Shown in pieces: positions 46,040-60,235 of a stretch of 64,000 nt of DNA (the stretch's first letter is position 1; each line of letters begins with the position of its first letter). This DNA is from Chiloscyllium plagiosum. Its lineage: Eukaryota. The stretch covers positions 82,923,237 to 82,987,236 of the forward strand of contig NC_057711.1 of NCBI RefSeq assembly GCF_004010195.1, written 5' to 3'. The notes beneath the pieces are model-generated. The model was not told the origin of the DNA and did not search any database. It saw only the letters and a program-made list of their open reading frames with translations. The position numbers and the translations under genes were made by a program.

Positions 46040-49000
46040 TGAGCTTTATGACTTAGTACCATTCCATCTTTGCCATACCTTTGCACATTGTACCTATTAA
46101 AAAATCAACTAATGCCCAGTAGAATGCCTCCATTGACTCTGCCTACACCACACTTCCAAGCTGCGCATTCCAGACCGGTACATCACAATGGATTTGTGTG
46201 TGAATCACATTAACTATGTTTCCTTCTATCTATCTTAACTTCTTAATAATTTTCCTCTTAGCCTTCTTCCCTCCAAAAAGAATAGTCTTGGTCTGTCTAA
46301 TTTCTGTAAATATTTCTGTAAATCTCTTCAGAATTCTATCCAATCCATTCAAATCTTTTCTATAATATGGTGTCCAGAATTGTATACAGTGTTCCAGCTG
46401 AGGCCTAATTAGTATCTTGTATAACTTGAGCATCATCTCTTGATCTTGTATGTACGATATGTTCCTACTAATGAAGTTCAGGATACTGTGTGCTTTATTA
46501 ACTGCTCTACCTATCCTGCCACCTTCAGTGATTTGTGCATATATACAACCAGGACCCTCTTGACTGTCCATGTTCTTTCCACTAAAACGTACAACTTCAA
46601 ATTTCTCCACATTAAATTTCTTCTGCCACTTTTCCAACTTATAGTATTTCCAATTTTGTATCATCTGCAAACTTTTAAATTGCTCCTTGCACACCAAGAT
46701 CCACTGCAAACCTTCTTCCAGTCCCAAAAATATGCATTTGACCATTACTCTTTGTTTCCCTCAAATCAACCAATTTTTTGCCCATGTTGCTATTCTCCTT
46801 TTTTTCCCATGGGGTACAACTTTTCTCAGATGTCTGATGTGTGGCACTATACCAAATACCTTTTGAAAGTCCATGTAAACAACATCAACAACATGATCCT
46901 TATTGACCCTTGCTGTTAAAAAAATTCCAAGTTAGTCAAACAACCTTCCCTTTAGAAATCCATGATGGCCTTTCCTAAATGGCGTTGCACTATTTTCCAT
47001 GTGATGACTAATTCTATCCAGAACAACAGATGCTACTCCACTGTTTAATTCAATGGTCTGTAATTACTGGCATTAACTTACAACCTTTTTTGAATAAGGA
47101 TGTGAATGATAGTCAGTGTCCCTGTAATTTCCATGCCTATTTTGTGCAGTATTCTCAGATGCATCTCCCCCAGTCCTGGTATTTTGCCAACTTTAAGCAT
47201 CAATAGCCTATCCCACGTTTCCTCCTTATCAATTTTGAACACCACCAGTGACAGAGCTTCTCCTCTGTCACCATAACCTGCAATGTGTCTACCTCCTTGG
47301 TCAAGGCAAATGCAAAGTCTTCATTTTAAATTTCAGTCATGTCTCGTGCCTCCATATGTAAATCCTTTTTTGGTCTGTAATTGGCTATATGCCTCCTTTT
47401 ACCATCCATTTACTATTGATCTCTCTGTGGAAAACTTTAGGATTCCTCTTTATATTGGCCACCAGTTATAGAGACCTATATCATATCCCCTCTCAATCTC
47501 CTTTGCTCTAATGAAAACAATCCCAGTCTGTCCAATCTCTCCCTACAATTGAAACTCTCCAGCCCATGCAGTATCTTATAATCCCCCTTTGCTTCTCTAA
47601 AGCGTTTTCTCAGCTCCCTTCTGATCTTCTGTCTATCTTTTATTCTCTATTGTATTTTCTATCTGACACCTATCATAAGCAAATCATTTTTCTTTAATTT
47701 TTATCTGCTTTTTCATCCAAGGAGTTCAGAATTTGTTTGTCCTTCTTTTCCCTTTAGAGGACATTAATCAAATTGTGCCTGAATCATCTCCTCTTGGAAG
47801 GCAGCTTACTATTCAGTTACTGCTTTTCCTGTCAATGTTTTGTTTCAGTCTAAATTGCCCAACTCCATTCTTGCCCCATTGAAATTGGCTCTTCTTATTT
47901 TACTCTGTATTGCTTATTCTACTTTTCTACTATCATCTTAATCCTTACAACACAACAACCAATGTCGCCTAAATGTCCTCCCACTAACACTTGATGTATA
48001 TAACGCACCAAGCACCAGTCCTACAGTGCATCCTTTTAATTTGGACTAGACAAATACTGTTGCAGAAACAAATTCCCGAGTATAATCCAAATATTTGCTC
48101 CTCTCCACCTTTTACAGTTACCACTGTTCCAGTGTACATTTGGGTAGTCAAAATCCCTAATTATAACCATGTTGACATGTTGATATGTCTCTGAGATTTC
48201 CCTTCAAATTTCTCCTCTACGTTCTTCCTATCCGTTGGTGGTCTATAGACGAAGCTGAGCCATGTAATTGCACCCTTTTTGCTTCTTCATTCTACGCAGA
48301 TTTATTCTGTCCTTAAATTCTCTTTCTTCAGCACTGGACTATTCTCCTTAACTAATACCACCAGCCTCCTCCTTTCTTTCATATCTTTTTTCAACACTTT
48401 GTTGCCAGAAATATTTAAGATGCAATCCTTCCCTTTCTTGAGCCAAGACTCTGCTACTGCCTCAAGATCATATTTCCACAAGGTGGTCTGAGCCTATAGC
48501 TCCACAATTTTATTTACTCTCTTGCCTTTCACATAAATGCACTGTAACCTGACCTAGTCTCCATTACTTTCTCCTTTACTCCAACACCATCTATTAACTT
48601 TCAATTCTCTATGTTCATGCTCACTCTTGTAGTATTTTTTACAACCTGGTATTCCTTTCTCATATTCTCTTTTAGTCCCCACAGCCCTGTCATGTCAGTT
48701 TAAAGCCTTCCAACAACATCAGCAAAATGCTCCACAAGGATTTTAGTGCCAGCTGTGACCTGTCCAGCTTATACAGGTGCCATCTCACCCAGAGCCAATC
48801 CCAGCATCCCAAGAATCTAAAATTTCTTGATCTCGCATCATCTTTCCAACTGTGCATTAATCGGCTTTACCCTGCTTTTTCTGTACTTACTTGCAGTTGC
48901 CACTAGTAGTAAGTCAGAGATCACTACCTTTGAGTTCCTACTTGCTAAGTTTCTACCAACCTCCCTAAATTCTGATTGCAGGATCACATGGGTTTCCGTG

Positions 49001-49600
49001 GGTTTCCTCCGGGTGCTCCGGTTTCCTCCCACAGTCCAAAGATGTGCAGGTCAGGTGAATTGGCCATGCTAAATTGCCCGTAGTATTAGGTAAGGGGTAA
49101 ATGTAGGGGTATGGGTGGGTTGCGCTTCGGTGGAGCGGTGTGGACTTGTTGGGCCGAAGGGCCTGTTTCCACACTGTAAGTAATCTAATCTAATCTAATC
49201 TAAACATCCCCCTTCCTATCTGTATCATTGGTACCATGTGAACCCCTCCCACTCAAACAAAAAAATGTACTTTAGCCGCTGTGTGACATCCCTGACCCTG
49301 GCACCATGGAGACAACAAATCATCCTGAAGCCACAAGTACAACCACAGCAAATTCCTTTCTGCCTCCAGGCTCCTGAACTGCAATGTGACCACCTCTCTG
49401 AACATGCTGTCCATGCAACTTAGCCTTGAAGATGTGCCACAGTGACTCCAGCTTTGAAACCCAAAGCTCAAGTTTCTGAAGCTGGCACCACTTGCACATG
49501 TAGTCAGCTAGGCACTGCTCTGGTCCATTTCTTCCCATATATTGCATTTGATCAAGTTGAACTGCCATATTTTGATATTATTTCCCTACTGTAAATTTAG
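46040..49600 (-). mobile_element. Old, nearly full-length degenerate CR1
   Basis: KWQKKFNVEKFEVV...LYKILIRPQLEHCIQFWTPYYRKD. ORF1 remains include SEFREVGRNLASRNSKVVIS and DYMCKWC. Confidence 0.85.
48990..49202 (+). mobile_element. 5'-truncated HE1-type SINE
   Basis: Near-identical to 38795-39000, including the (TAATC)n tail. Confidence 0.9.
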
Positions 49601-51249
49601 TCTATTTTGGATTTGGATAGCACGCAAAACACTTTTCACTATCTCCTTGCATGTGATAACAATGAATGAAATGAAACATATTACTTTATAATGTTGGTCC
49701 TAACTTCCCCTTAACATGGGTGTTTCTTTCATTTAAATCCCAAGTATAGTTACTTATTTAAAAATAATACGCTTTTTAAATTACAACAATTTGCAACAGT
49801 CCCTATAGCAGTTGATTATAAACCCATGACTGCTCAGATTTTTCTATGACGTCCCATTGTTTTTTTCATTGTGCTTTCAAACTCTGCACAGAGCGGTTGT
49901 AAGCAGCTGAATAGTGCACCTTTCTGACTCCCAGGTATGTGGTCAAAATGACCTCTGAACCCCTCAAAATCCCTCTAGAGCACTGAGAGCCTATTCTGCA
50001 GTGGCTTCAAGTCTCAGCTGCTCTGGACATATTACAATATGTCCAAACAGGTTGATTAAAAATAATTACAAGTAGATCAAGCTTTTTACTAAAGTTAACA
50101 AAAACAGCTGTCATTTCACAATATTTCAAGACTTTCTTACTTGTCAATTACTCAGTCTCAAGCTATCCTCTTGGTTTGTTTTATCTGGCAAGTTCTAGAA
50201 AATTGAATAAAAATCCCCTGCAATCAGAATTACAAGTGGTATAAACAGTTAAAATTTTATTAATCTGATTTTTAACCAATTCAATTATTAAACATGTGTG
50301 CCGTGCAGTGGTATCCAAAGTAGCAATGAGAGCACTCATGTTAAATGCTGAATCTGGTAAGTTTATACTGGGATTTCAGTACAGCAACAATGGTACTCTT
50401 TTAATTACTGCCCACACAGATACGTGCTCACCCTGGCAAGTTAAAAACCCTCTTACCCTAACCCAGTCTCTTGACTTTGAAGCTCACCTAAACCTCTTCA
50501 GAATCTGTTTGAGCACAGAATTAAACTGTAATCTTCTATTTCTTTAACCTGTACTATTCTGTATATTGAAGAGGTTAGACGATGCAGAATATAAATTGTA
50601 CAACCCTTAAGATAGGATAATCAATTCATCAGACAGATTCTATTTAGTGCAGCAAATACTAACTTTATCAACAGTAAGAAAGGCTTCTTTTAGAGCCTGT
50701 GTAAACCGTCTGCCCAACTAAAGATCATATGTTGTAAAGAGGCAAAATATTATTTGCACTACAGTTATCCTAGGTGCTAGTCACGGTGTTCATTTCTAAC
50801 ATCCTAGTTTACAATAGGATTGCAGGAGCAGATAAATGTCCTACAGCCCATTTCTTGATGCAGTAAATTTCACTGGGCAGACTCAGATTAAAGGAAGTCA
50901 GTAAAGACCACAGAATGCTTACACAAGGAGGGGTAGTTCAATAAAACTTTTCAAATAATCTTAAACTTGCAGATTAGCCAGAACCTAGGCAGAGGATAAG
51001 GCAGGAAGAGGTTCCGATCTCAAAGTTTTGCTGCCAATGCAGCCAGCTGGAAAATTGGTCTGATGCATTGCAATTACAGAGGTTCTCAAGGTGCTTGACA
51101 ATGAGATGGATTTGAAAGAACAGCAATTTAAATAGCTCAACACTGCTACCATCAGACCATGAGGTAACACTACAACAGTTTAAAACTTCCTCACAAGTGC
51201 ATTTTTATTCTGATTTCTAGTTAAATTTAATCATGACAAATTTCCATTG

Positions 51250-51740
51250 ATTTTAAATTCATAAACCCCATGCTACAATGAGACAAGATACAGAGATTTA
51301 TGAGAAAAACAAACATATTGATCACAAGGCAATAGTAAATGGAATATAATGTGAGAAAATGTGAGGTTATGCACTTTGGCAGGAAGAGAGGAGCTAAATT
51401 TTTATTTAAGTGAGAATGATTGCAGAAAATTACAGCATAGAGGAATTTGGGAACTTTCAAAAAGCTAGATCTAAGTTCAACAAGTAATAGGGGAAAAAAT
51501 GGAATGTTGGCCTTTATTTCAAAAGGAATGGAGTATAAAAAGAGGAGGTCTTGCTAAAACTATACAAGACACTGCTCAGACCATCGTTGAAATACTGTGA
51601 ACAGTACTGGGCCCCATACCTGAGGGAAGATATTGGTATTAGAAGCAGCCCAGCCTGAAACAGATCAGCCATGATCTTGTTGAATTGAGGGGCAGGCCTA
51701 ATGACCTGAATGGTCTTCTCTTGTTCCTGTTTCCTTTGTT
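51250..51740 (+). mobile_element. Degenerate CR1 3' fragment
   Basis: MEYNVRKCEVMHFG and KGMEYK...LLKLYKTL motifs, followed by the 3'UTR. Confidence 0.75.
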
Positions 51741-51854
51741 ATTTGCTGGCTAAAGCAGACTTCTCCGTAGTAGCTTCCTTCTCATTCAGCTTAAGAATGT
51801 CAAAAATCAGTAGACCTTTTTGACAGCTAGTTCAAAAATTAAATTAGGTTTTTT

Positions 51855-53435
51855 AAGTCATAGAAATATGGGATTGTACAATGAAGAGGAAGCCATTCGG
51901 CCCTTTAAGTCTGCACTGAAAACTACTCTAAAACTACACTAGCCCCCCTTTCAAACACTTCATCCATAGCCCTGAATACTATGGCATTTCAAGTGCTTTT
52001 TCAAGTGTTTTTTAAAAGATTGTGAGGCTCTCCGCCTCAACTACCTTGCCAGGCAATCCACTCCAGATTCCCATCACTGTCTGTGAAAAAAAACCTTTCC
52101 TAAAATCCCCTTTAAACCTCCTGCCCTTCACCTTAAAATTATGTCCCCTTGTGATCACCTCTTCAACAAACAGGAACAAAACTTTCTATCCACCCTCCCC
52201 GCGCCTCTCAATTATGTCCCCTTTCAACCTTCTCTGATCCAAAGAAAACAATCAGAGTTTATCCAGCTTCTCTTCATAGCTGAAGTGCTTTGTGCCATGG
52301 AAACATCCTGGGGTGACTTGCCTCTGCAACCCCTCCAGTGCAATCACATTCTTCCAATAGTCTGATGAGTAGAACTGCATATAGTACTCAAGTTGTGCCC
52401 TTACCAACATTCTCTACAGATCTAACATAACTTTACTCTTATAATCTATGCAACAACTGATAAAGATAAGCATTTTTGTATGCCTTCTTAACTACATTAA
52501 GAAGCAGTCCTATACAGGGATATATGGACAAACACCCCAAGTCCCCTCTGTTCCCATGAGCTTTCTAGTGTCCTGCCATTCCCTGAGTACTCCTGTACCT
52601 TGTTACTTCTTCCAAAGTGCACAATTTTCAGAGTTAAATGCCATTTGCCACCGAAACACCCAATTTGCCTACATCCTCCTGTACTCCAAGAAAATCTTTC
52701 TCACTGTCCACACTTTCTCACCCTGCCAATCTCATGTCATCACAGACTTATCATCCTCCTCCACATTGTTTACTATATTGTTACATATACATGACAAACT
52801 ATAGGGACCCAGTGACAATGATCGCTGTGGCATGTCAGTGTACATTGACCTCCATTCAGAAGATTCAACCTTCTCCCACCATGTTCTGTCTCCTACCGGT
52901 AAGCATTGTTGGAGATATAGGAAATGGGAACACAGTAGAAACATTGAAGATAGGAGCAGGAGTAGGCCATTCAACCCCTTGATCCTGCTGTACCATTCAA
53001 TATGATCATGGCTGATCATAGAGCTCAATACCCTCATCTAGCCCTTCCCCATGTCTCTTGATCCCTTTAGCCACAGGAGCAATACATACCTTTTTCTTTA
53101 AAACACAATGTTTTGGCCTCAGTCACTTTGTAGTAGTGAATTTCATAGGCTCACCACTTTGTGGATGAAGAAATTCCTCCTCATCTCATCTCATCTCATC
53201 ATTATCTCTTGTCCTTAAACTATGACTCCTGGTTCTGGGCTTCAAGGAACATCCTTCCTACATCTAACCTGTCTCATCCCTTCTAGAATTTTATAGGGTT
53301 CTATGAGATCGCCCTTATTCTTTTAAACATTAGAAAATACATTCTGAACTGACTCAATCTCATATGTCAGTGCTGCCATCTGAAGAATCAATTTGTTAAA
53401 CCTTTGCTGCATTCCCACTATAGCAAGAGCATCCT
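51855..53435 (-). mobile_element. Two adjacent old CR1 3' fragments (51855-52910 and 52915-53435; the latter resumes at ~55750-55950)
   Basis: CR1 3'UTR and ORF2 C-terminal similarity to other copies in the window. Confidence 0.7.
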
Positions 53436-55745
53436 GTGTTCAATGGAGAGTGCAGGAAGGCATGCCAGGAGCAGTACCAGACATACCTAAAAATGAGGTG
53501 TAAACCTGGTGCAACTACCAAACAGGACTACTTGCAGGCCAAACAGCATAAGCAGTAAGTCATAAACAGAGCTTAGCAATTATATAACCAACAGGTCAGA
53601 TCTAAGCTCTGCCGTCCTGCCACATCCAGTCATTAACAGTGGTGGACAATTAAACAACTCATTAGAGGAGGAGGTTCCACAAATATCCCCATCCTCAATG
53701 GAAGAGTCCAACACACAAAAGGAAAGACTGAAATATTTGTAGCAATTTTCAGCCAGAAGTGCTGAGTGGATTTGCCATATCAGCCTCATCCACTGGTCCC
53801 CAGCATCAAAGATACCAGTCTTCAACCAATTCGATTCACTCCACATGAAGAAACAGTTGGAGTCACTAGATACTGCAAAGCCTATGAAGATATTCCAGTA
53901 AAAGTACTGAAGACTTGTGCTCTAGAACTTGCTGTTCCCCTAGCCAAACTGTTCCAGTTCAGTAACATCATTGGCACCTACCAAAAATGTAGAAAATTGC
54001 GAAGGTATGTCCTATAAAAAGCAGGACAAATCTAACCCGGCCCATCGGTTTACTCTTATTCATCAATAAAGTGATGGAAGGTGTCATCAACAGTGCTATC
54101 AAGCAGCATGTGCTCAGTGATGCCCTGTTTGGATTCTGCCAGGTCCACTCAGCTCCTGACCTCATTACAGCCTTGGTTTGAATATGGACAAAAGAGCTGA
54201 ATTCCAGAGGTGATTTGATAGTGACAGACCTTGACATCATAGCCACATTTGACTGAATGTAGTATCAAGGAGCCCTAGCAAAACTGGAATCAGGGAGTAA
54301 GCACACCACTTGGTTCGAGTTATACTGAGCACATAAAGATGGTTATGGTTGGTGGAGGTCAGTCATCTCAGCTTCAGGACATACCAGCATCAGTTCCTCA
54401 GGGTAGTGTCCATGGCTCAAACACCTTTAGCTGCTCCAATTACCTTCCCTCCATCATAAGCTCAGAAGTTGGGATGTTTGCTGATGATTGCATAATGTTC
54501 AGTACCATTTGCATCTCCTCCTAAAGCAGCCTGCGTTTAAATGTAACAAGACTGGGATAATATCCAGGCTTGGACTAACAAGTGGCAAGTAACATTCGCG
54601 CTACAAAAATGCCAGGCAATGACCATCACCACAAAGAAACAAACAATCTAATTACCATCCCTTTGTCATTGAATGGTTTTGCCATGACCGAGTCCTCATG
54701 ATCAACATCCTGGGGCTTACCATTGAGCAGAAACTCAACTAGATTTGCCATGTAAATACAGTGCCTACAAGAGAAGGTCAAATGTAGGAATATTGCAATG
54801 AGTAACTCACCTCCTAACTCCTAATAGACAATCCACCATCTACAAGGCACAAGTCAGGACTGATTTGAACTAATCCCACTTATTTACCTAAATTCACGGT
54901 GGGCATTGCCAGTTGGCCAGCATTTATTGCCCCAGTTGCCCTTGAGAAGATGGTGGTGAGCTGAGGAATTCAGGATCGATTGGCTCAGTTGGCTTGACAG
55001 CTGATCTCAATACAGAATGGCACCGACAGCATGGATACAATTTCCACATCCTGCTGAGGTTACCATGAAGCATTCCTCTTCTGCACCTCTCCCTTCACCG
55101 AAGAACCTGTAGTAACCCTCAGGTTAAATCACCACCAGTCATCTCTCTCTAATGAGGGGGCAGCCTTTATGATCCACTGGGCATATTGTGACTTTACCTT
55201 ATAATATTTACTGAGGAACTCCTGTAGAGATGTCCTGGAACTGAGATGACTGATGTTCCTATGTGCCAGATACCTGGATGGTGCAGTTTCAATAAGAATC
55301 AAGAAGCTTTATACCATTCAGGACAAAGCAACCCACTTAATTGGCACCAAGTCCACTCCCTCCACCACTGATGCTTAATAGCAGCAGTGTGTACTATCTA
55401 CAAGATGCACTGCAGAAATTCACCAAAACTCCTCAGACAGCACCTTCCAACTCATGTCCACTTCAGTCTAGAAGGACAAGGAGAGCAGATACATGGGAAC
55501 ACCACCAACTGCAAGTTCCCCTCAAAGCCACTCATCATCCTGTCTTGGAAATATATTGCCATTCCTTCACTATTGCTGGGACAAAACCCTGCAATTCCCT
55601 TCCTCATGGCATTGTGGGTCAACCTACAGCACATGGACTGCAGTGGTTCAAGATGGGAGCTCAGCACCACCTTCTGAAGGGCAACTAGGGATGGGAAATA
55701 AATGAGGCCAGCCAGTAACATCCACATCCCACGAGTGAATAAAAG
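53436..55745 (+). mobile_element. 5'-truncated LINE family B (RT and 3' end)
   Basis: IPVKVLKTCALELAVPLAKLFQ, SVPQGSVHG and GMFADDC motifs. Overlaps in sequence with 38090-38360. Tail ...CCACATCCCACGAGTGAATAAAA. Confidence 0.85.
54973..55200 (+). mobile_element. tRNA-derived SINE (same family as 6361-6705)
   Basis: A-box-like TGGCTCAGTTGG, decayed B box GGATACAATTTCC, and body CCCTCAGGTTAAATCACCACCAGTC...GACTTTACCTT. Confidence 0.7.
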
Positions 55746-56174
55746 TAAAGAATCCTTCCTCAGACAAGGCAACCAGAACTATATACAATATTCAAGGTGT
55801 GGCTTCACCAATACACTATATATATAATTGCAGCAAGACATCATTTTTCGTGCAGTCACATCCTCTTGCTATGAAGTTCAACAAATAATTTGCCTTCTTT
55901 ATTTCCAGCTGGAGCTGTGTACTTACTGTTGCACAAGGAAACCCAGGTTTGGTTGAACAGTCATTCCCCCCTCTCAATTCAGAACTTGACCTTGTTCAGT
56001 TCTAAAACTCAACCACAATAGTTTTAAAATCAGCCTGTATACAGATGTTACAACATTCCTCTGGAGCAGGTGGGATTTCAAGCTGGACCTCCTGATTCAG
56101 AAGTTGGGAAACTGCACTGCACAAATCCAAGAAAGCTACTTCAACTGTACTCGAGTCCACATTTCTTTGATAGA

Positions 56175-57010
56175 GCAACAAGCAAAAACAGAAATTGCTT
56201 GAAAAACTCAACAGGTCTGGTAGCATCTGTGGAGAGAAATCAGAGTTATTGTTTTGGGTCAAGTAATCCTTCTTTAATCCTGATAGTAACTAGGAAAATG
56301 TTTGTATCTATGTTAAAGATAGGATGGGCATAGGAGGAAGGAATAAATGATAGGTGGAGATGAAGACAGACAGACAGAGAGAAAGAAAGAGAGAGAAACA
56401 GAGTTGGGCAGACAAAGGAATGGGTAGAGGCCAATCTTGAAGAATGAATAACTGCTAATGGGGAAGCATTAATGACTGACAATGGGTTGTGTGTAACAGC
56501 AGACCATGTGATAACAAGGCCTGGTTTGTGTGGGTTAGAGTAACGATGTGGGAGAAGGTGCTTCAAGCCCGAAAATGTTTGAACTTGATATTGAGTCCTG
56601 AAGGCGACAGTGTCTGGAAGTGGAAGATGAAGTACCATTCTTCCAGTTTACATTGAGCTTTGCTGGGGCATTGCAGCAAGTCTGAGACAGAGATGTTGGT
56701 CAGGGATCATAGTGTAGAAATGGCAGGCAACTGGAAGCTCAGGGTCATTTTGCGAATAAGCATAGGTGTTCAGCAAAGCAGTCGCCCACTTGTCCTTTGT
56801 CTCCCCAAAGTAGAGCAGATCACATTGCGAGCAGCGAATACAGCAGGTTAGATTGAGTGAAGTGCAGGTAAGTCATTGCTTCACCTGGAAGGTATGTCAG
56901 GGACCTTGGATAGTGAGGAGAGAGGAAATAAATAGGCAGGTATTGCCCCTTCTGCAACTGCATAGGAAAGTGCTGTGGAGTGGAGGAGACTAGGGTGTCC
57001 CAGAGGGAAT
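56175..57010 (-). mobile_element. Older Penelope 3' portion (GIY-YIG remnant and terminal repeat)
   Basis: Minus strand reads CIRCSQCDLLYFGETK...CFAEHL. Terminal AAAAACAGAAATTGCTTGAAAAACTCAACAGGTCTGGTAGCATCTG. A further terminal fragment lies at 57570-57790. Confidence 0.75.
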
Positions 57011-58780
57011 GATCCCTGCCACATCATCCCAGTGCTCAGAATAGACACACTGTCTGTCAATGTCCAATTGGGGAACATCACACTCAGGCAATTGGATAAT
57101 TCCAAACATGAGCTTTTATTAACAGTCAGCAAAAGTGAACAAGGGAAATGAATACTGGACTCCACATATCTTGAAGAGCGCTGCAACTTAGTGCCCCTCA
57201 GACTGTGTGGTGGGCTGATGCTGTTTGTGGATATGCTATCAGCCTTGGTCTTCCTGTATTTACATCACCTTTCTTAAGAAGGCAGCCACCAACATCCCAC
57301 CAGAGGCTGGGTGCATGATTCTTTCCAACTATGACACATGTTGGGAACACAAGGAGTGAAACAGGTTTTTAGGTCTCAGAACAGTAAGTGGTTGCATGCC
57401 CAGAGGATGAGAGCTGCACCCTCTTCTCCATACAGTGAGATGCACAAACCCTGATGTTGAGGGTTATGTCTCAATCATTTATCCCAGATTCACATCTATC
57501 ACAGCTTTTCCTTGCATTCAGTGATACAATGAATTCATGTGGCAGATGAAGTGCTTATCTCCATCTCCCTGGAGATGGCGAGAACTGCAGATGCTGGAGT
57601 GTCAGATTGGATAGAGAGTTGAGCTGGAATAATTGCGGCAAGTCAAGCAGCAGAAGAGGAGAGGAAGAATTGATGTTTCAGGTCGGAACCTTTGGGGAGG
57701 GGAAGGGGGCTGCAAATTAAATATAGGGGTGGGGTGAGGCTGGGGGAAAGGTGGGTGGGATGGCGATAAGTGGTGCAGGTAGGAGATGGTTGTGATTCAC
57801 ACCTTTGCAAGTGTCAAAGTTTATGGAGAATATTTGGTTAATGTTTGCCTCTTTATGTCATTACTTCTAACATCTAACTTCCATGCTGATGTTCAGTTGG
57901 CAAGAGCCAGTAGCATAGGTAAAGTCACTATTGACCAGCATTTGACACTTAAGCCCTTCACTCTGCTGTATATAAATAGACAAGGGAATGATTGTAACTG
58001 CATTGTGGCCTGTGCTTGCAAACATATGCATTATGTGTTTACCCATTTAATGTCCTGGCATCCAGCAGATGCTGATCCCATATGTTCATCCATCAAACTG
58101 ACACTAACTCCACCCACCCTGGACACTGGTCCAGCCATTTTCCATTTGCAGTTCCTGTTTAGTAAATAGCAAGTGATGGTAGGGAATGCCGGTTGAGGTG
58201 GATACTGTCAGTAATACATTTTTTCTGGTCACTGGCTACCCCCCCACAGAGCCTCCATGTCCCCCTCTTCCCCAGCATCCTGTTTCCACCCATTTCCCCC
58301 AATGTGCAGACCCAGCACATTGAACTTCTCCAACTATTGTCCTTGCCTCCAAGCCCTGGTATTACTCCTTAGTGATGCCTTCCCTGCTCCTCTAAGCTCC
58401 CCATGTGGAGGCCACTGTGGTGGTGACTACCCTTTCCACAATCCAACCATGCCTCTGGTGCTATCCTGTTTGCCCTCCCCTCTATGCCTACCATATGTTC
58501 TTCCTACAAATGTACTTATCATCCTCCCCGTCCACCCCCACCCCCATCCCCCCACACACACATTCTTACCTACATCATTTATGAATATCACACGTAATAA
58601 GGGACCCAGTACTGATCCCTGTGGTACACCACTGCACATCAGGCTCCAGTCATACAAACAACCTTCTACCATCAGCTTCTGTCTCCTACCGCTAATAATT
58701 TGGTTGGAGATATTGGAATATAAGGAATATAGGAGCAGGATTAGGCCATTCAGCCCATTGAGCCTGTCCTACCTTGCTAA

Positions 58781-60235
58781 ACATAGAACATAGAAGAACA
58801 CAGTGCAGTACAGGCCCTTTGGCCCTCGATGTTGCGCCGATCCAAGCCCACCTAAACTACACTAGCCCACTATCCTCCATATGCCTATCCAATGCACGTT
58901 TAAATGCCCATAATGAAGGAGAGTCCACCACTGCTACTGGCAGGGCATTCCATGAACTCACGACTCGCTGAGTAAAGAACCTACCCCTAACATCTGTCCT
59001 ATACCTACCACCCCTTAATTTAAAGCTATGCCCCCTCGTAATAGCTGACTCCATACGTGGAAAAAGATTCTCACTGTCGACCCTATCTAAACCCCTAATC
59101 ATCTTATACACCTCTATCAAGTCACCCCTAAAACTTCTTTCCTCCAATGAAAACAGCCCCAAGTGCCTCAGCCTTTCCTCATACAATCTTCCTACCATAC
59201 CAGGCAACATCCTGGTAAACATCCTCTGCACCCGTTCCAGTGCCTCCACAACCTTCCTATAGTATGGCGACCAAAACTGCACACAATACTCCAGATGCGG
59301 ACGCACCAGAGTCTTATACAACTGCAACATGACCTCAGTACTCCAGAACTCAATTCCTCTACCAATAAAAGCCAGTACGCCATATGCCTTCCACACCGCA
59401 CTATTTACCTGGGTGGCAACTTTCAGAGATCTGTGTACATGGACACCAAGATCCCTCTGCTCATCCACACTACCAAGTATCCGACCATTAGCCCAATANN
59501 NNNNNNNNNNNNNNNNNNNNNNNNNNNNNNNNNNNNNNNNNNNNNNNNNNNNNNNNNNNNNNNNNNNNNNNNNNNNNNNNNNNNNNNNNNNNNNNNNNNN
59601 NNNNNNNNNNNNNNNNNNNNNNNNNNNNNNNNNNNNNNNNNNNNNNNNNNNNNNNNNNNNNNNNNNNNNNNNNNNNNNNNNNNNNNNNNNNNNNNNNNNN
59701 NNNNNNNNNNNNNNNNNNNNNNNNNNNNNNNNNNNNNNNNNNNNNNNNNNNNNNNNNNNNNNNNNNNNNNNNNNNNNNNNNNNNNNNNNNNNNNNNNNNN
59801 NNNNNNNNNNNNNNNNNNNNNNNNNNNNNNNNNNNNNNNNNNNNNNNNNNNNNNNNNNNNNNNNNNNNNNNNNNNNNNNNNNNNNNNNNNNNNNNNNNNN
59901 NNNNNNNNNNNNNNNNNNNNNNNNNNNNNNNNNNNNNNNNNNNNNNNNNNNNNNNNNNNNNNNNNNNNNNNNNNNNNNNNNNNNNNNNNNNNNNNNNNNN
60001 NNNNNNNNNNNNNNNNNNNNNNNNNNNNNNNNNNNNNNNNNNNNNNNNNNNNNNNNNNNNNNNNNNNNNNNNNNNNNNNNNNNNNNNNNTCGGTACTCAC
60101 ATCGACAACAATGTCCTGTTCCTGAGTGAATACTGACGAAAAGTATTCATTCAGTGTCTCCCCAATCTCTTCAGCCTCCACACGCAACTTCCCACTACTA
60201 TCCTTGACTGGACCTATTCCTACCCTAGTCATTCT
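58781..60235 (-). mobile_element. Young CR1 3' half (spans an N gap)
   Basis: 203-aa intact ORF2 C-terminus 58857-59468 (RDLGVHVH...LEYCVQFWSPYY...FFTQRVV..WNALP) and an (ACATAGA)n tail at 58781. Confidence 0.93.

Noticed and set aside
50309..50362. Short candidate exon ending in GTAAGT
   Set aside because: Weak acceptor, only ~16 codons and no recognisable homology.
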